A stretch of DNA of 58,818 bases, filler included, from Dugesia japonica (GCA_001938525.1; 6 parts of 6 records of this genome joined end to end with filler, not necessarily neighbours in it), one strand, 5' to 3'; shown: positions 11,115 through 24,419, numbered from the whole stretch's first letter. A program made the numbers and translations. Notes: generated from the sequence alone by a model not told the origin.

Positions 11115-12566
11115 TTTACTCCGAATAGGATATCTGTTTCCTTGGGATTCTGGTTTGATTTCATCTTTCTTCTTCTCTGAATTTTTCAGCTCATTTTTTT
11201 CTTTATCATCCGGATAATATATTTTACATCTATTAGCATAAACTAATATAGGTTCTGCCATTTTATTTGAATANAGTTTTAACACTAAATTTGTTTCTGT
11301 TGCTTTAATGACCTCATAAGGTCCTTTGAAATTTCTTTTGAGTTTTGTTGATAGATAATGTCTCTCTAACATAACAAAATCTTAAAATTTAAATTATACA
11401 GGCTTTGTCTTTTTATCATAGTTCTCTTTCATATTCTCTTGAGCATATTTAATGCTGAGATTTGTAAAAAGAAGTTATACAGTCTCATTGAGCCATCTTT
11501 GTTTGCCGCTATAATGAGTAGTGATTGATATGGGGGTTAACTGTTAATGATGATTTTATATTTTTGAATTAATTTTATCTGTTTATTTACACTGGCTTCC
11601 AATTTCTCTAGAATTGGGTATGGTTTCTGCTTGATGGGTTGATCTGTAGTTAACTCAACCTCCTGTTCTAATACGTTATTAATTTCCAGATCATAATCGT
11701 GCTTGGTGAATATGTGATCATATTTTCTTAGTAACATATTCACAAGAATATTTTCTTGATATTTTGCTGTCACAGCATGGTGCATCGTAACATTCAATAT
11801 CTGGATCTCATTCTTCATTTATTGACAAAAACGATGTTTCAATTGTTATTTCATCATCTTGAATGTATATAGTTCCGATAATTGTATACGGAAATAATAT
11901 TAATGCTTTCATATTTAAATTTCTAATTTTTACTAAAAACATGCCATCATGATATTGCTGACACTGCAAATCCTTGGAATGCAATATTTTTCCGCCAATA
12001 ACGGATTAGATTCAAACATTATTTCTCCTTGATATTCTTTTGTGGTGTTTACTATACACACCGCTTCTGTTAATGGTAGAATAGTAATTGTTTGATCTAT
12101 GTAGGCTATATGTTTGTTATAAACCTTTCTACTGGTACTTGATTTCATCACCAATTTTCCAGTTACGCACTCAAAAACAACATTTTTTAGTTTACTATCA
12201 CATCCATCCTGAATGCGCATTTGAATGGGCATCTCCGCATGACTTTGACATTGTGGATTAGTTCTTGATCACATAATTTAATATTACATTCCAAATAACC
12301 AATTATATCTAATTATGTCTCATTTACTCCGGAGGTTTGCTGCTAATGTTTACTATCGATTCTGCTTCTGATTTATTTAAAANACTGGCTTCTATGATAG
12401 TGACATCTGATCCTGAGTCTATCATAAAATAGACTACATGTTTATTGATCCTTATTTTGATAGTTGGTTTATGAGCATATCTGCTTACGTTTACCATAAA
12501 AACAGTTGATTGCAAAGTTATAATTCCCAATATGTTTTCTCTTTGTGTATCTTGGTTTGAATCCAT
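11115..12566 (-). mobile_element. Ty3/Gypsy pol remnant: protease, RT N-terminus, internal deletion, integrase GPY/F domain
   Basis: FMIDSGSDVTII (aspartic protease); RKYDHIF...TTDQPIKQKPY (pre-RT region); KLKRNFKGPYEVI...VYANRCKIY (GPY/F). Confidence 0.88.
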
Positions 12567-13145
12567 TTGATTATTATTTACCTATTGATGTGGAGTTGTT
12601 AAATCATGCATACTGAGTTCTGGATTTGATATAAGCAAACTCCTTCTCCAAGCCCTCTCTTTTCCACAATTTTGGAATTCTTCCACAAAATCTGCTTGAG
12701 TCAAATTTGTAAGGGATTGTTAGCCTGTGTGTTTCTCAAATAGCACACGTACCAGACTTTGTGATCCTGGTTTTCTCTCTACATATTCTTAATTTCTTTC
12801 CATATCTCAATTATCGATATGCTCTCTTAATTCATCCAATTTTCAAGTTGGGTACATTGGTGGTGGTAGAATAAAACTTTCAATTAATGTACTTGCTTGA
12901 AATAGTGGATTTTGTATAGTTTTAATTGGTGAAATATCTGGTCCAGGACCTGCGTATCTCATCCATCCATCCCGTGTCGTAGGAATACCATATTCTTTCC
13001 TTTTCTTATCAATAAGAATAGCCAAATTTGCTTTCTTAGTTTTACTCCATGCCCTCGGGAATGCATCATCAACAAAACCTCCTCAAGCTGATAATTCATT
13101 ATTTTCATCACCATTTTTGTTCTCATCACTATCTGAGTGTTCAAG

Positions 13146-13451
13146 TCACACCACTGTATGCTTCATAGTTCCGTGTTTCATTTTTAATTTTTTAATCTCA
13201 TGATGATTCTTAAATAATATAAATTTAGCACAAAATGGCAAGAAACCAACTATTAAATGGCATGTGCATCCACCAACTTTGAGTTTACTATAGGTTGAGA
13301 ATAATTGTGTAAATATCAATTTGGTCAAAACGTAAATAGCATATATACCAGCTAAACATGAAATAAATACTCCAAATGCACTAAAGTTTCCCTTTCTCTT
13401 TCTCTTTGCTACATTCCTTGCAGTTTCTTTACAGTGCTCTGGCCCAAACAA
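13146..13451 (-). pseudogene. C-terminal membrane region of a chuvirus-like (class III fusogen) envelope glycoprotein
   Basis: FSAFGVFISCLAGIYAIYVLTKLIFTQLFSTYSKLKVGGCTCHLIVGFL resembles the two-hydrophobic-segment end of chuviral glycoproteins (G...G.Y...L.KLI......Y.....G.S.HL.G). Recognised from memory of the family. Confidence 0.6.
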
Positions 13452-13468
13452 TAAATGATAGTTACTAT

Positions 13469-16400
13469 TATGTTAAATTATAAAATTATAAAAATTATTT
13501 TATAAAATTAGGTTTAAAAATAAATAAAGATAGAAGTAAATTAAAAGTATTTTGGAATTTAAAAAATCAATATTTTTGAAAAATATTTTATTAAGATTTC
13601 ATAGATTATTTGTTTGAATATTGTAAATTGTTCTTTATCATTTTTCATTTTAATAAAAGACTTGTAATAACCAATAAAAAATTTGCGAGACTTTGAATCT
13701 AACTAATATGGCGATCAACGCATCATTGGATTTGTAAAAAGAAGCCATGAGCTCTGGAATTTTCAAATTGGGCGATGATGTCAAAAAATTTATTTTGAAG
13801 TCAACGAAATATTTTGAAATAACCGGAACAAAGAAAGTCCAAAGGAGTTTGTTTGTAGTTGCTTTCATAGATAAAGAACTGCTTGAAATCTATGAAAATG
13901 AAAACGAATCATTGGGATTTGAAGAAAGATTCAGAAAAGCTTCCTTTAGATCATCAACAATGATTAAAGATATAGAGGAAGCTCAAAATTATCGAAGGAA
14001 TGGAGAACATATAAATATCTATAAGAAAAAGATTGAAGTATTAGTAGAATAGTTAATGGCTCCAAAATGTTACAAAGAGGACTTAACAAAAGAGCTAATA
14101 ATGAATAGTTGCAACGAAAGAAAAATTAAACATAAAATCAAATCAGGAAAAATAGAAAAAGTAGACGATGTATTTAAAGCAAAAAAAGAGTGGAAAGACA
14201 TACAAGACGAAGTAAAAACTGAAGAAATAAATGTAGTTCGTATCTACAGAGATGCCGTTTGCAGAAGCCCAGAAGAAACAAATTTCAAGACAAATCGTAA
14301 ATGAAGGTATGCAACAGAAAATCAANAACGAAAGACAAAAAATCACGTGCTAGATCTGTAGCAAAATAGGTCATGTAAGCAGAAATTGTCAAGAAAGAAA
14401 AAAATAGTGATATGATGTGGATCTGAACAACATTTGAGAAGAGACTGTACCAAAGTTAGTTGCTCAAGATGTAACAAGAAAGGCTATTACTCAAAGGACT
14501 ATTACACAAATATGAACACGCAGTTTAGTTATAAAAACAAAAGTGAACAGGCCAGAAAAGAATTTGGAAATGGGAAACAAGGATATTATTCAAATAATAC
14601 AAATAATTACACAAAGACAAATGGAAGTCACGTTTATTCAATTGAGGAAAATGTGAAAGATTATGCATGTAGAGAAGACAAAGGTCATTATTGTAATGAC
14701 GGGTCAAATAGTTATCAAGATAAATACTCAAATGGCCAAACTCCGACCAAAGTCGAGATTGTCGAAGCGTTGAATTAAGTATCCTAAAAAATCGCAGTAT
14801 TGTTAATTATAGTAAAAGTAGTATAATTAATTAAAAATATTAAAGAAACGAAGATAAACGAGTATATGATTACAATGATGTAAAATAAAAGGTTTACAAG
14901 TTTGCAAAGAAAGAATTGATTAGAAGCAAACCGCAGATTATCAATGGTATAAATGAAGAAGATGATTGTGAAATTCTCAAGATAGAAGAAATAAAGCGAC
15001 AAGAGATAAGTTATGACAAGATGTAAGGTAGACCAAGTATAACAGTTGAAATACAAAATGTTAAAGTTGATTGCTTGTTAGACACTAGAGCATGAGTTAA
15101 TGTGATGAGTTTGAGAATTTTGGAAATATTGAGAGAAGTCAATATATTAAAAAGTGAAGACAATCTAAGATGTGCCAATAATAGACTGCTTGAAATCCTC
15201 GGTAAGATAAAGGTAGAAGTAAAATTAGAGAATAAACGCAAAACTGTTAAATTCATTGTTAGGAAACAGATACACCCAAATCTAATTGGATGAATAGAAT
15301 TACAGAAACAGTTTGGATTCCAACTGCCGAGAGAGACTAAATGTGAAGTCAATGAAATTTATCTTTGTAATATAGAAGCAAAGTATTGACGTAATACAAC
15401 GGATGAAGAGAGAGTACAGAGCGCATAAACAATTCTGATTAACAAGCTATATGAGAATTTAGAGAAATTTATAATGATTCATAATTGAATTTTCATGGCA
15501 GACAACTGGGATATTGGCAGAACAACAATGGCAGACCATCAAATTATAACAAATGGAGAACCAATAAATACAAAACTATAGAGACAATAAAGCATTTAGA
15601 GAATAAGATTAATGAAGCTATCAAGAATTTGTTTGACAGTGGCAATTTTAGAAAGTGTAATTTGCAGTGGAATACTCTGTTAATATGTGTTTGGTAAAAA
15701 GAAAGAAAAACGTTAGATTATGTCTTGATTTTAGAAAACTGAGCGTAATCACAGAAAGACATGCATTTCTGATGCCCAATATAGAGGAAATACTAGACAA
15801 TTTGAGTGGTGCAAGATATATATGTGCCATAATAGATACATTAAGCAGATACATATGCTTAACAGCTCTAGTTAAACAATTTGAGGAATNNNNNNNNNNN
15901 NNNNNNNNNNNNNNNNNNNNNNNNNNNNNNNNNNNNNNNNNNNNNNNNNNNNNNNNNNNNNNNNNNNNNNNNNAAAGATCTTCAAATCGAAAGCCTTCAA
16001 AGAGATGACAGAACCAATGAATTTAAAAATTTGCTTTTCAAGTCCATATCATCACAATACAAACGGAATAGTAGAACGTCAATTCAGAACGATCAGAGAT
16101 TACATCAATGCAAAATTAAAAAATAAAAAGAATAAAAATTGGGCAGACTTAATACCAGAAATGGAATATACTCTATATGCAACAAGCCAGAAAACTTTGG
16201 GCATAAGTCCAGCAGAAAAGATATTCGGTAAGAAGATACATAGAGAGCGACGAAAAGAAGGAAGAATCTGAAGAGTTTCTACCAATAAAGAGACATTTTC
16301 AAGTTGAAGACGAGGTGCTAATCAAGGCAGAAAACAGATCAAAAAAGAAAGATAGATACACAGGTCCGTACGGGGTCATAAAACCGATTCATGAAAGACG

Positions 16401-16880
16401 ATACCTGCTGTAGTGTTCAGAAGGCAAGATAATTGAAAGAAATGTGGAAAAATTAACAAAAAATTTAAAGAGGATATGTGAGGTCAATTCATGAATTTCA
16501 AGTATCTGAGATTTTTTAATTTTTATATATAGTATTAAAATTGGTTTTATGAAACTTTTAAAATATAAAACAGGTTTTTTAAAATACAAATTAATTGAAT
16601 AAATTCTATATTTTATATTATTCAAATTTGTGAAATTATAAAAATTATTTTCTAAACCTATGTTTAAAAATAATTGGAAAATAAAAGTATTTCAAAATTA
16701 AAATTATTTTATATTATGCAAAATTATAAAACTATAAAAATTATTTTGTAAATTAATGTTTAAAAATAATTAAATATACATGTAAATAAAGGTATTTTAA
16801 AATTAAAGTCGATATTTTATATTATGTTTAATTATAAAATTATAAATATTATTTTGTAAAATTAGGTTTCAAAATAATCT
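13469..16880 (+). mobile_element. Internally deleted Ty3/Gypsy LTR retrotransposon (gag with zinc knuckles, PR, RT start, IN end)
   Basis: Knuckles such as CSRCNKKGYYSKDY; CLLDTRA protease; RLCLDFRKL; SPYHHNTNGIVERQFRT; GPY. TGGCG PBS-like site at 13709, purine run then TGTG at 16478; related AT-rich sequence at both ends. Confidence 0.88.
16630..16878 (+). repeat. About 105-bp tandem units in the 3' LTR, with a related copy at 13469-13578
   Basis: Variants of TATG..AATTATAAAA.TATAAAAATTATTTT.TAAA.TA.GTTTAAAAATAA recur near 16630, 16715, 16823 and 13469. Confidence 0.7.
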
Positions 16881-16889
16881 CAAACGGTT

Positions 16890-18806
16890 GAAACTTTGTC
16901 GACTCTTGAACATTAGCGTTTATACTGAACTTATTTCTTGAAAATAATGCATCCANGTTTTCCTCATTACAATTTCCTTTAAGTGAAGTGGTATACATAT
17001 CTCTTATCGTAAGAATCATTCTTTTTTTACCATCCCATTCGATTGGTGTTGGTACGGAGAGCTGAACTCTTGTTTAATATTAAACTTTGCTAACTTCTCT
17101 GACATGTATTTACCCTCAAACAATTTTCCTCTGTCGATTAATTTGCTTTCTGGTTTGCCGAAACGACATATTTATTTGTTCAAAATTATTCCGAAAATTG
17201 TATCTTCATTTATCTTTGATACCGATGATATACTTACCAGTTTGCTAAACCGATCAAAAATCACCACCATTTGCTTTTTTCCTGATGCCACTGTTTCTAT
17301 ATGAGCAATATCTACCACAATTTGTTCTAAAATATCTTGACACTTTCTAGATAACAACAGCTCTTTCGTTCTTCCTTGACCAATTTTCCTTTTTGCACAA
17401 ATCACACATTTATGCAAGTTATTTTTACTTGTTTCTATCATTGCAGGCCAGTAATAATTATTCTCTAAATTAGAAAATATCTTCTTTATCCATAAACGAC
17501 ATAATTCTTCATGAATATGTCTGATCATTTCGTTGGTTACACTCATTGGTATTATAATCAAATTTTTTTTTCTCTTTCTACGATTAATAAGCCATCATCA
17601 ATTTTCGATTCGCGATCAAGTTTATCTAAATAGTTTCCATGAATGATACTTTCTGCCAGTTGTACTCCGTTTTGCATTATTTCAATTCTTTTTTGTATTA
17701 TTGGATCATCTTTCTGTGCATTCCGAATTTTTTCTATGATGTTTTTATTCTGTTGTAAGCTCTTAATATATTTTACTATTGATTTTTCTTTCTTGGGATA
17801 AAAATGTACTGTTTGGCATTGTGAGCATAAACTCTCATTTATCCGCGATAATCCATCAGCATTGTTGTATTCTTCCCCTTTTCAATATTTTAACTCAAAA
17901 TCATATTCCCCGAGATTTGCCATTCACGTTTGAAATTGTGGGCTTATCGGTTTTTTTGTGTTATTCATAAATATCAGTGCTTTGTAATCTGTTCTTGCTA
18001 AAAATTTCTTTCCACAGAGATATTGCTTGAAATGTACTACATATTCACGTAATGTCAGCAATTCTTTTCTTGTAACGCAGTACCCATTTTCATGAGTAGT
18101 GAGGTGCCTGGATCCATATTCCATCTTTACTTCTTCATTATCTTCTGTTCTTTGCCTCAACACTGCACCGATAGCTCCGAAACTGGCATCAGTATATAAG
18201 ATAAACATTCTAATTTGTCTTGGAAAATCTAGAATTGGTGATTTACATAACTTGTCTTATAAGTTTTCAAAACGTTTTCTACATTCTTCTGTCCACATTA
18301 AGGCTTCATCACATCCTGAAATAGCTTCATATAAAAGTGTAGCGACTCTGGCGTAATCCTGGATAAAACATCTGTAATAATTCGTTAAGCCAAGGAAAGA
18401 CCTGAGTTTAGATGAACATTTAGTTCTGCAGCATTTCTCATTTCCTAAATTTTAGTATCATTTGTTTTTACTTCTTCTGCACTTATTGTGTGTCTCAAAA
18501 AGACCAATTCTTTTTTACAAAATTTACATTTTTCTGGATTAATTTTCAATCCCAATTCTCTTATTCTGTTGAAAACTTCTTTCCAAATTTCATTATTATC
18601 TTCGACCTTCCTTTCATACACTAATATATCATCTAGATAAACGATAACACCTTTAAAATTTACCCCTGCCAACATATCATGCATCAACTTTTAAAACATT
18701 GCCTGTGTCGTTGCTAACTCGAATGGGATCCAATTGAACCTAAATTGACCCTCTTTTGTACTAAATGCCGTAACATCTCTCGAGCTTTCTGATAGTTCTA
18801 CTTGAT
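16890..18806 (-). mobile_element. Decayed Ty3/Gypsy pol (RT, RNase H, integrase)
   Basis: VIVYLDDILV, FILYTDASFGAIGAVL, YCVTRKELL, integrase zinc finger IHEELCR...CVIC. Confidence 0.93.
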
Positions 18807-18987
18807 NNNNNNNNNNNNNNNNNNNNNNNNNNNNNNNNNNNNNNNNNNNNTTAATTAATTAANNNNNNNNNNNNNNNNNNNNNNNNNNNNNNNNNNNNNN
18901 NNNNNNTAATAATATATAATTCAAATTTATTTTACAATTACAATTATTGCGAGTATAATTGTTTGACGTGTAACCATTGATAATTTT

Positions 18988-19181
18988 TCAGAATTCATAA
19001 AAATATACAAAAACCTCGATCAAAATTAGTTTTGTTTTTGATAATAATTTTAATTTTCGACTTTGTTTTAGGAATTGACGAATTCAATTGAAAAGTCAAT
19101 TTCTGACAAAGTCGAAAATTGGAATTATTATCAAAAACAAAAAAAAATTTGATAGAAGCTTTTATTTATTTTAATGAATTC
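18988..19181. repeat. Imperfect palindrome of the hammerhead-bearing repeat family
   Basis: Arms of about 90 bp (GAATTCAT...TCGACTTTGT...AATTGAC / GTCAATT...ACAAAGTCGA...ATGAATTC). Confidence 0.75.
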
Positions 19182-20274
19182 AAATTTATGTTAAATATAT
19201 ATTTTAAAAATTTGAAATATTAATGATAAAAAAAATAAAATAATACATCACTTTCTCTAAGCCAGGCCTGGCATAATAAAAATCTACATAAGAGACAATC
19301 TGAAAATTATCCTGATTTATAAGAGCCTCATTGAAAAAAATAGTAAACCGAAAACTAGAAATTTTATGTCAAGATTATACCAAATGCATTATTAAATTCC
19401 CCTTTATTTGTAAAAATTTTTATATTAATTTTCATCAGAAGTTTGCTTTACAATTATTCTGCGTAAATCTTCAAAATCTACGTCAGATTTCGCGGTTGAA
19501 ATTCTTTAATTGGTTTTCGAGGTTAAAATGATCGATTAAGTTTAGGAAAAAAGTATTCAAACAATCAAGTTCTTTCAAACGCATTTACTATATATTTAAA
19601 TGTAATTTACGTTATTTTTTTCTATGGAATTTCTATTTTACTAAAGCCTGTTAATCCGGATTTACACGTTTGTAAAGCCTAGTTTAAAAAGTTATTGAAA
19701 GAGTTTTCATTAAAATAAGAAAAGGTTTCGATCAAAATAAAATTTATTTGTAAAAAGGTTCAAATTTTAGACAATAGTCTTCTTCAGGAACATGTTACCT
19801 TCTTGAGATATTCAATATAATAGATCTTTGTTACTCAATTCTTCAAATTTTATCGAAATTTTATTGGTTAATTTTTTTATACTTTTAATTTTAAATTTTT
19901 AAAAGAGTGTTTAAATTATTAAAAGAGTGTATGCGGTATTGATGATTAGATCTCATAATTCAAGCATTATTGTACAGACAACTCTTTCGACTAAATTAAA
20001 AGTTTTTAAATTTAAATTTGGTTTTTATAATATATTTTTGTAATTTCAAAAAATTTTTATTATTATATTTTTATAAGCATTTTGAAATTTTATTAGACAC
20101 TTAATATTCAGTTTAATTGGTTAAATCTGTGTTTAAATAATACAGAGTGAATAATCTCTGTTTTTCAATCGAAATATATCACAATAAAGTTTTATTTTAA
20201 ATAGAGTTATTTATTTTTTAATGTAGATTTATTCAAAAAACATTTCAAGTAATAACTAATATGTATTTGACAGA

Positions 20275-23200
20275 GTAGTCAATATCCAATGACATAAATG
20301 ATCAAATTAAAATCGAAGATATTTGAAAAGTACATATTTCAATAAAAGAGAGTATTTAAACAAATATGTTAGAATATTTATTATATTTTATTAACCATTT
20401 TCTGAGTGTAATACTAAATCACTCCTCCGTCAGTTGGAGGAGCGTTTAATATGAAGGGTGAAATAATTTTGTCAATCGAATTTCGCTATGTTCGTCCTCA
20501 TTGCATCACTTCAATAACCTTACCATCTTCATTTCTCCAAATTAACAGATATGGACCTTCATAAACTGACTGTAGTGGTCTTCTTAATTAGCGTTTGAAC
20601 CATACAAATTTGCATTTATCAATTCTTGTGGCATGAATGTTCTCGTCACTCCATGAGATCTAGGCTAACTGTTTTGAAATTATGTTGGAACCTATGCTTG
20701 TCCATCAGAGCACGATGTTAAAACAATACCACCTGGTAAACGGATAATAGTACCAAAAACTGTTTGAGATGGTTATAACTTTGAATATTCCCCGACTGCG
20801 TTACGGATTCCTAACATTCTTAACGGAAGACATTCTAACTGCGTGCAGCATTAGTTCCTTGTGTCCGTAGAACAGTGTCTCTCAAACTGTGTGAAATAAA
20901 CAATAAATCAATATCGAGAGGAAAGATGGTTGGTGGGCGAATGAAATCGGACGAACAACTAAAATCAGTTGGCATAAAAAACAGATGCAGAAGGAGAAGA
21001 GAACAGACTATATCGAGAATTTTAGAAGACTTTTAAGACAATTTTTTGGTAATTATGAAGAACAGCGAGAAAATAATTGTATTTTTGTAGACATAAAAAA
21101 ATGTATTAATTCAAGTGACCAGCCTAANNNNNNNNNNNNNNNNNNNNNNNNNNNNNNNNNNNNNNNNNNNNNNNNNNNNNNNNNNNNNNNNNNNNNNAAA
21201 GTTTAATGAGAAATAATATGGAGATGACAAAGAAAATGTTTAAAAAGTTTAATAATTAATGCAATTGAAAGAGAAAATATTTAGGTAAGCTTTTAAAGAA
21301 AAACGAATTACGCTGAACGGAAAGAGAAAATAACTATGGCAGTTTACTAGAGAAAAGGTGTTGTGCAGTTTAAAGGAGAAAGTGTTATAAAGTTTTAAAC
21401 AGGAATGCCTAGGCAGATTAAAAGTGAAGATTGGTACAAGGTGATCGAGAGTGACCAAGAACATCGTTATGAAAGCTTACAAGAGAATGATTGTTGAAAA
21501 GTGAAAGAATATTTAAGTAAAAGTGCTGTAAAATGTCAACAGAGTAAATTCGCTATTAATGAAAGAGATTTAACAGTGTCAAAGAGAGTATTGGCATACA
21601 AAGTGAGGGAAGTTTGACGATCAGTTAAAAGACCCACTTGATAATTTCACGGTGTAATATTATTTTTTTATTCGAGTTTTAGTTGTGAGATTCATGGGTT
21701 ATCAGACAAATATAATTATTTCATTTAGTTGCTTTAAAATTGTTGAATTTTATTTGATTTAATAATATAAATTTAATTACAATGTTAATAATTTATTTTA
21801 ACAAACTAAAGTACTACCGTCGATAGTAGTACAAATAAAATTATGTTTGCCTGGATAAAAACGATGAGGAATTTTATCGCATGATTAGGGACATCGTGGC
21901 AGACCTACGAAGGGGTGTGAACGAGAGAAGATGGCAAGGTATTCTCACGTTTTAACTCCAGGAGTGCGGAACCTGACATATGAGGCTGCAGGGCAAAAAA
22001 CTCGTTCTACGATTTTCATTATTGTTTTATGATTACAGTTGCATTTTATATTTATCTCTTATTAATTCAAAATTTTAATAGACGAACACATTAAAGCGAA
22101 AGTATGGTGGAAGTGAAATGAGGAATTAGTACTTAGCAAAATATTGGTTGTTACTAACACCTATACAAATAAAAGACGTGATACCACAAAGTCGCGTTGA
22201 ACTCGGAAATAAGGGGCATGAAATACTGAAGGTGTCATACGTGAGGATTCTAGGTATGCCCCTAGACCAACGATGGAAGTGAGATATCAATTGTGAGAAT
22301 GAGAGTCGACTATGAGAAGCAAGTTAAAGGACTTTAAACAACAAAAGCCTAGAATCCCAACATTTCTATAATTTCATTGCATTTTGGGTGGTATGTTGTA
22401 TGCTTAAGTTCAATTCCAAAAAATTCAGAGAAATCATTAAATACTTCCGCTATAAATTATCTATCATTGTCACCATATCCATTCTTCAGTTAAGTCTTTT
22501 ATAACGGTTTCACATGTAATTTCATTCAGAGCCACTCCTTCTGTCCATGAAGTATCACGACCAATCATTGTTATTATAAACTTTTTGTCTTTATGATTGG
22601 TAAAGGACCAACCAAATCTATAAGCAACAATTTAAATTTTCCTAGATTCGGAATCGATCCTAAAAGCACTTTCATGTGTCCTGTTATTTTATTGGCTTGA
22701 CATATTTGACAAAATCTGCACCATCTATGAATTTCGGATTTTATACCTGGCCAAACAGAGAATTTTCAGTAACCTAATTGTTGCAATTTGATACTTAATG
22801 ACACAAATTATGAAGTCTTTCAAATTAATTGAAGCGAAAACATTCCAGTACAAAAATTCTCGTGTTGGCTTTCGAAGTGTTAATAAAAACACCATCATTT
22901 GATATTTTCAGTTTCAGAGTGCCTTTGTATATCTTTGAGAGATTGATTAGATCTGAAAGTGAAATATGTTCCATTTCATTTAATATTTCATAGTGACTTT
23001 TCTGGATAGAAAGTCAGCTACTATATTGTCAGAGACTTTGATATACTGAATTGGTATCGATGACCTGTGTCATTGACGTCTAAGCTAATACGAATTGTTT
23101 TTAAAAAGTCATATGGTTCATTGGCATGTGGATTTAAGTCCTAGAATTGCGAATGTTTGAAAGCTGCATCAACTTGAGTGAACAAATTGACCACATTTAG

Positions 23201-23358
23201 AAAATAATTTAGTATTTCAACCTAAACATGATTTTCTTCTGTACTTCTGACACCATTGTAGTAATTATCCAATAACACAATTGATTAAATTAAAATCAAA
23301 TATATTTAAAAAGTATATATTTCAATAAAATAGAGTATTTTAACAAATATATTAAAAT
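20275..23358 (-). mobile_element. Decayed Gypsy element with both LTR remnants, interrupted by other fragments (about 20900-22350)
   Basis: Direct repeats 20275-20372 and 23258-23358; PBS next to the LTR-terminal CA; integrase IDLVGPLP and HTTYHPKCN; RPLQSVYEGPY near 20560. Confidence 0.75.
23243..23255 (-). promoter_or_regulatory. Primer-binding site, tRNA-Leu type
   Basis: TGGTGTCAGAAGT one base after the LTR-terminal CA. Confidence 0.7.
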
Positions 23359-23515
23359 GCGATTTCATTAGAATAAAGAAAAAGCTTCGATCAAAATAAA
23401 ATGTATTTGTAAAAAAGTTCAAATTTTCGACTACAGAATTCTTCAGGAACATGTTATATAATTACAATTATTGCGAGAATAATTTTTGGACTTAACCATT
23501 GATTGCATTTGAGAT

Positions 23516-23837
23516 TTCATTTAAATAAAGAAAAAGCTCCAATCAAAATAAAATGCATTTTTATAGAAATTCAGATTTTCGACAATTGACTTCAGGAATA
23601 TTGTCGTATTGCTGAAGAAGTCAATTGTCGAAAACTTGAATTTCTATAGAAATACATTTTATTTTGATTGAAGCTTTTCTTTATTTTAATAAAAGTTTAA
23701 AATATTTTATTAATAATACTACAGATTCATTTAAAATAAAAGCTTCGATCAAATTTTTTGTTTGTTTTAATTGTTATCAAATATCAATAAAATAAACAAA
23801 AAATTTGATCGAAGCTTTTATTTTAAATGAATTCTGT
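23516..23837. repeat. Two adjacent palindromes (about 23516-23695 and 23721-23837) of the same family
   Basis: AAAATAAAAGCTTCGATCAAATTTTT / AAAAATTTGATCGAAGCTTTTATTTT; TTTTCGACAATTGACTTC / GAAGTCAATTGTCGAAAA. Confidence 0.8.
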
Positions 23838-24419
23838 AAAACGATCAATGGTTATGTCCAACAATTATTCTCGCAATAATTGCAATTGTAAAAATACTAG
23901 GGATAATAAAAAACAATATTTAAAAAATGATGTTATTTTTAAAAAAACAATAAATATCATACATTCTGCAAAAGTTTAATTTAATTTTTAATAAGAAGTG
24001 AGAGCTTGAATATTTTAATCTAAATTACGAACTTTCACACCTGAGGTATTGAGATTGAAATAATAAATATGTCCGATGAATACAAAATGTGGACTTTTAT
24101 CCATGTGGTCTTTTAATCATGTGTGACCTTGTTATATGCTTGTAACTTGAGTGTGCGCGTATGTCTGATTACCGTTAATACAATCAAAATTTACTATTCA
24201 CAAGTAATATGAAATCAGAATCACTAAATTATACCTAAACAAACGAGTTTATATCAAACCAAAAAAGACGTTTTATTCTCCTGTAAATGTGTAATAATGT
24301 AATAAGTCTGTCATTTAAAAATCATGTGAGTTTAATTTTTCCGTATAAAATTTGATATCTTATAAACCAATCTCGTGTTTTCTTTAAGGAATTTGTCTGA
24401 CTCTAACATAAATAGTTTA

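Noticed and set aside
12630-12680. Zinc knuckle (gag) before the protease
   Set aside because: Careful translation gives FQNCGKERAWRRS in the protease frame; no CX2CX4HX4C without an assumed frameshift.
12324-13451. Stop-codon reassignment to explain the in-frame stops
   Set aside because: All three stop types occur in decayed elements alongside frameshifts; host exons have none and CCDC146 ends at TGA.
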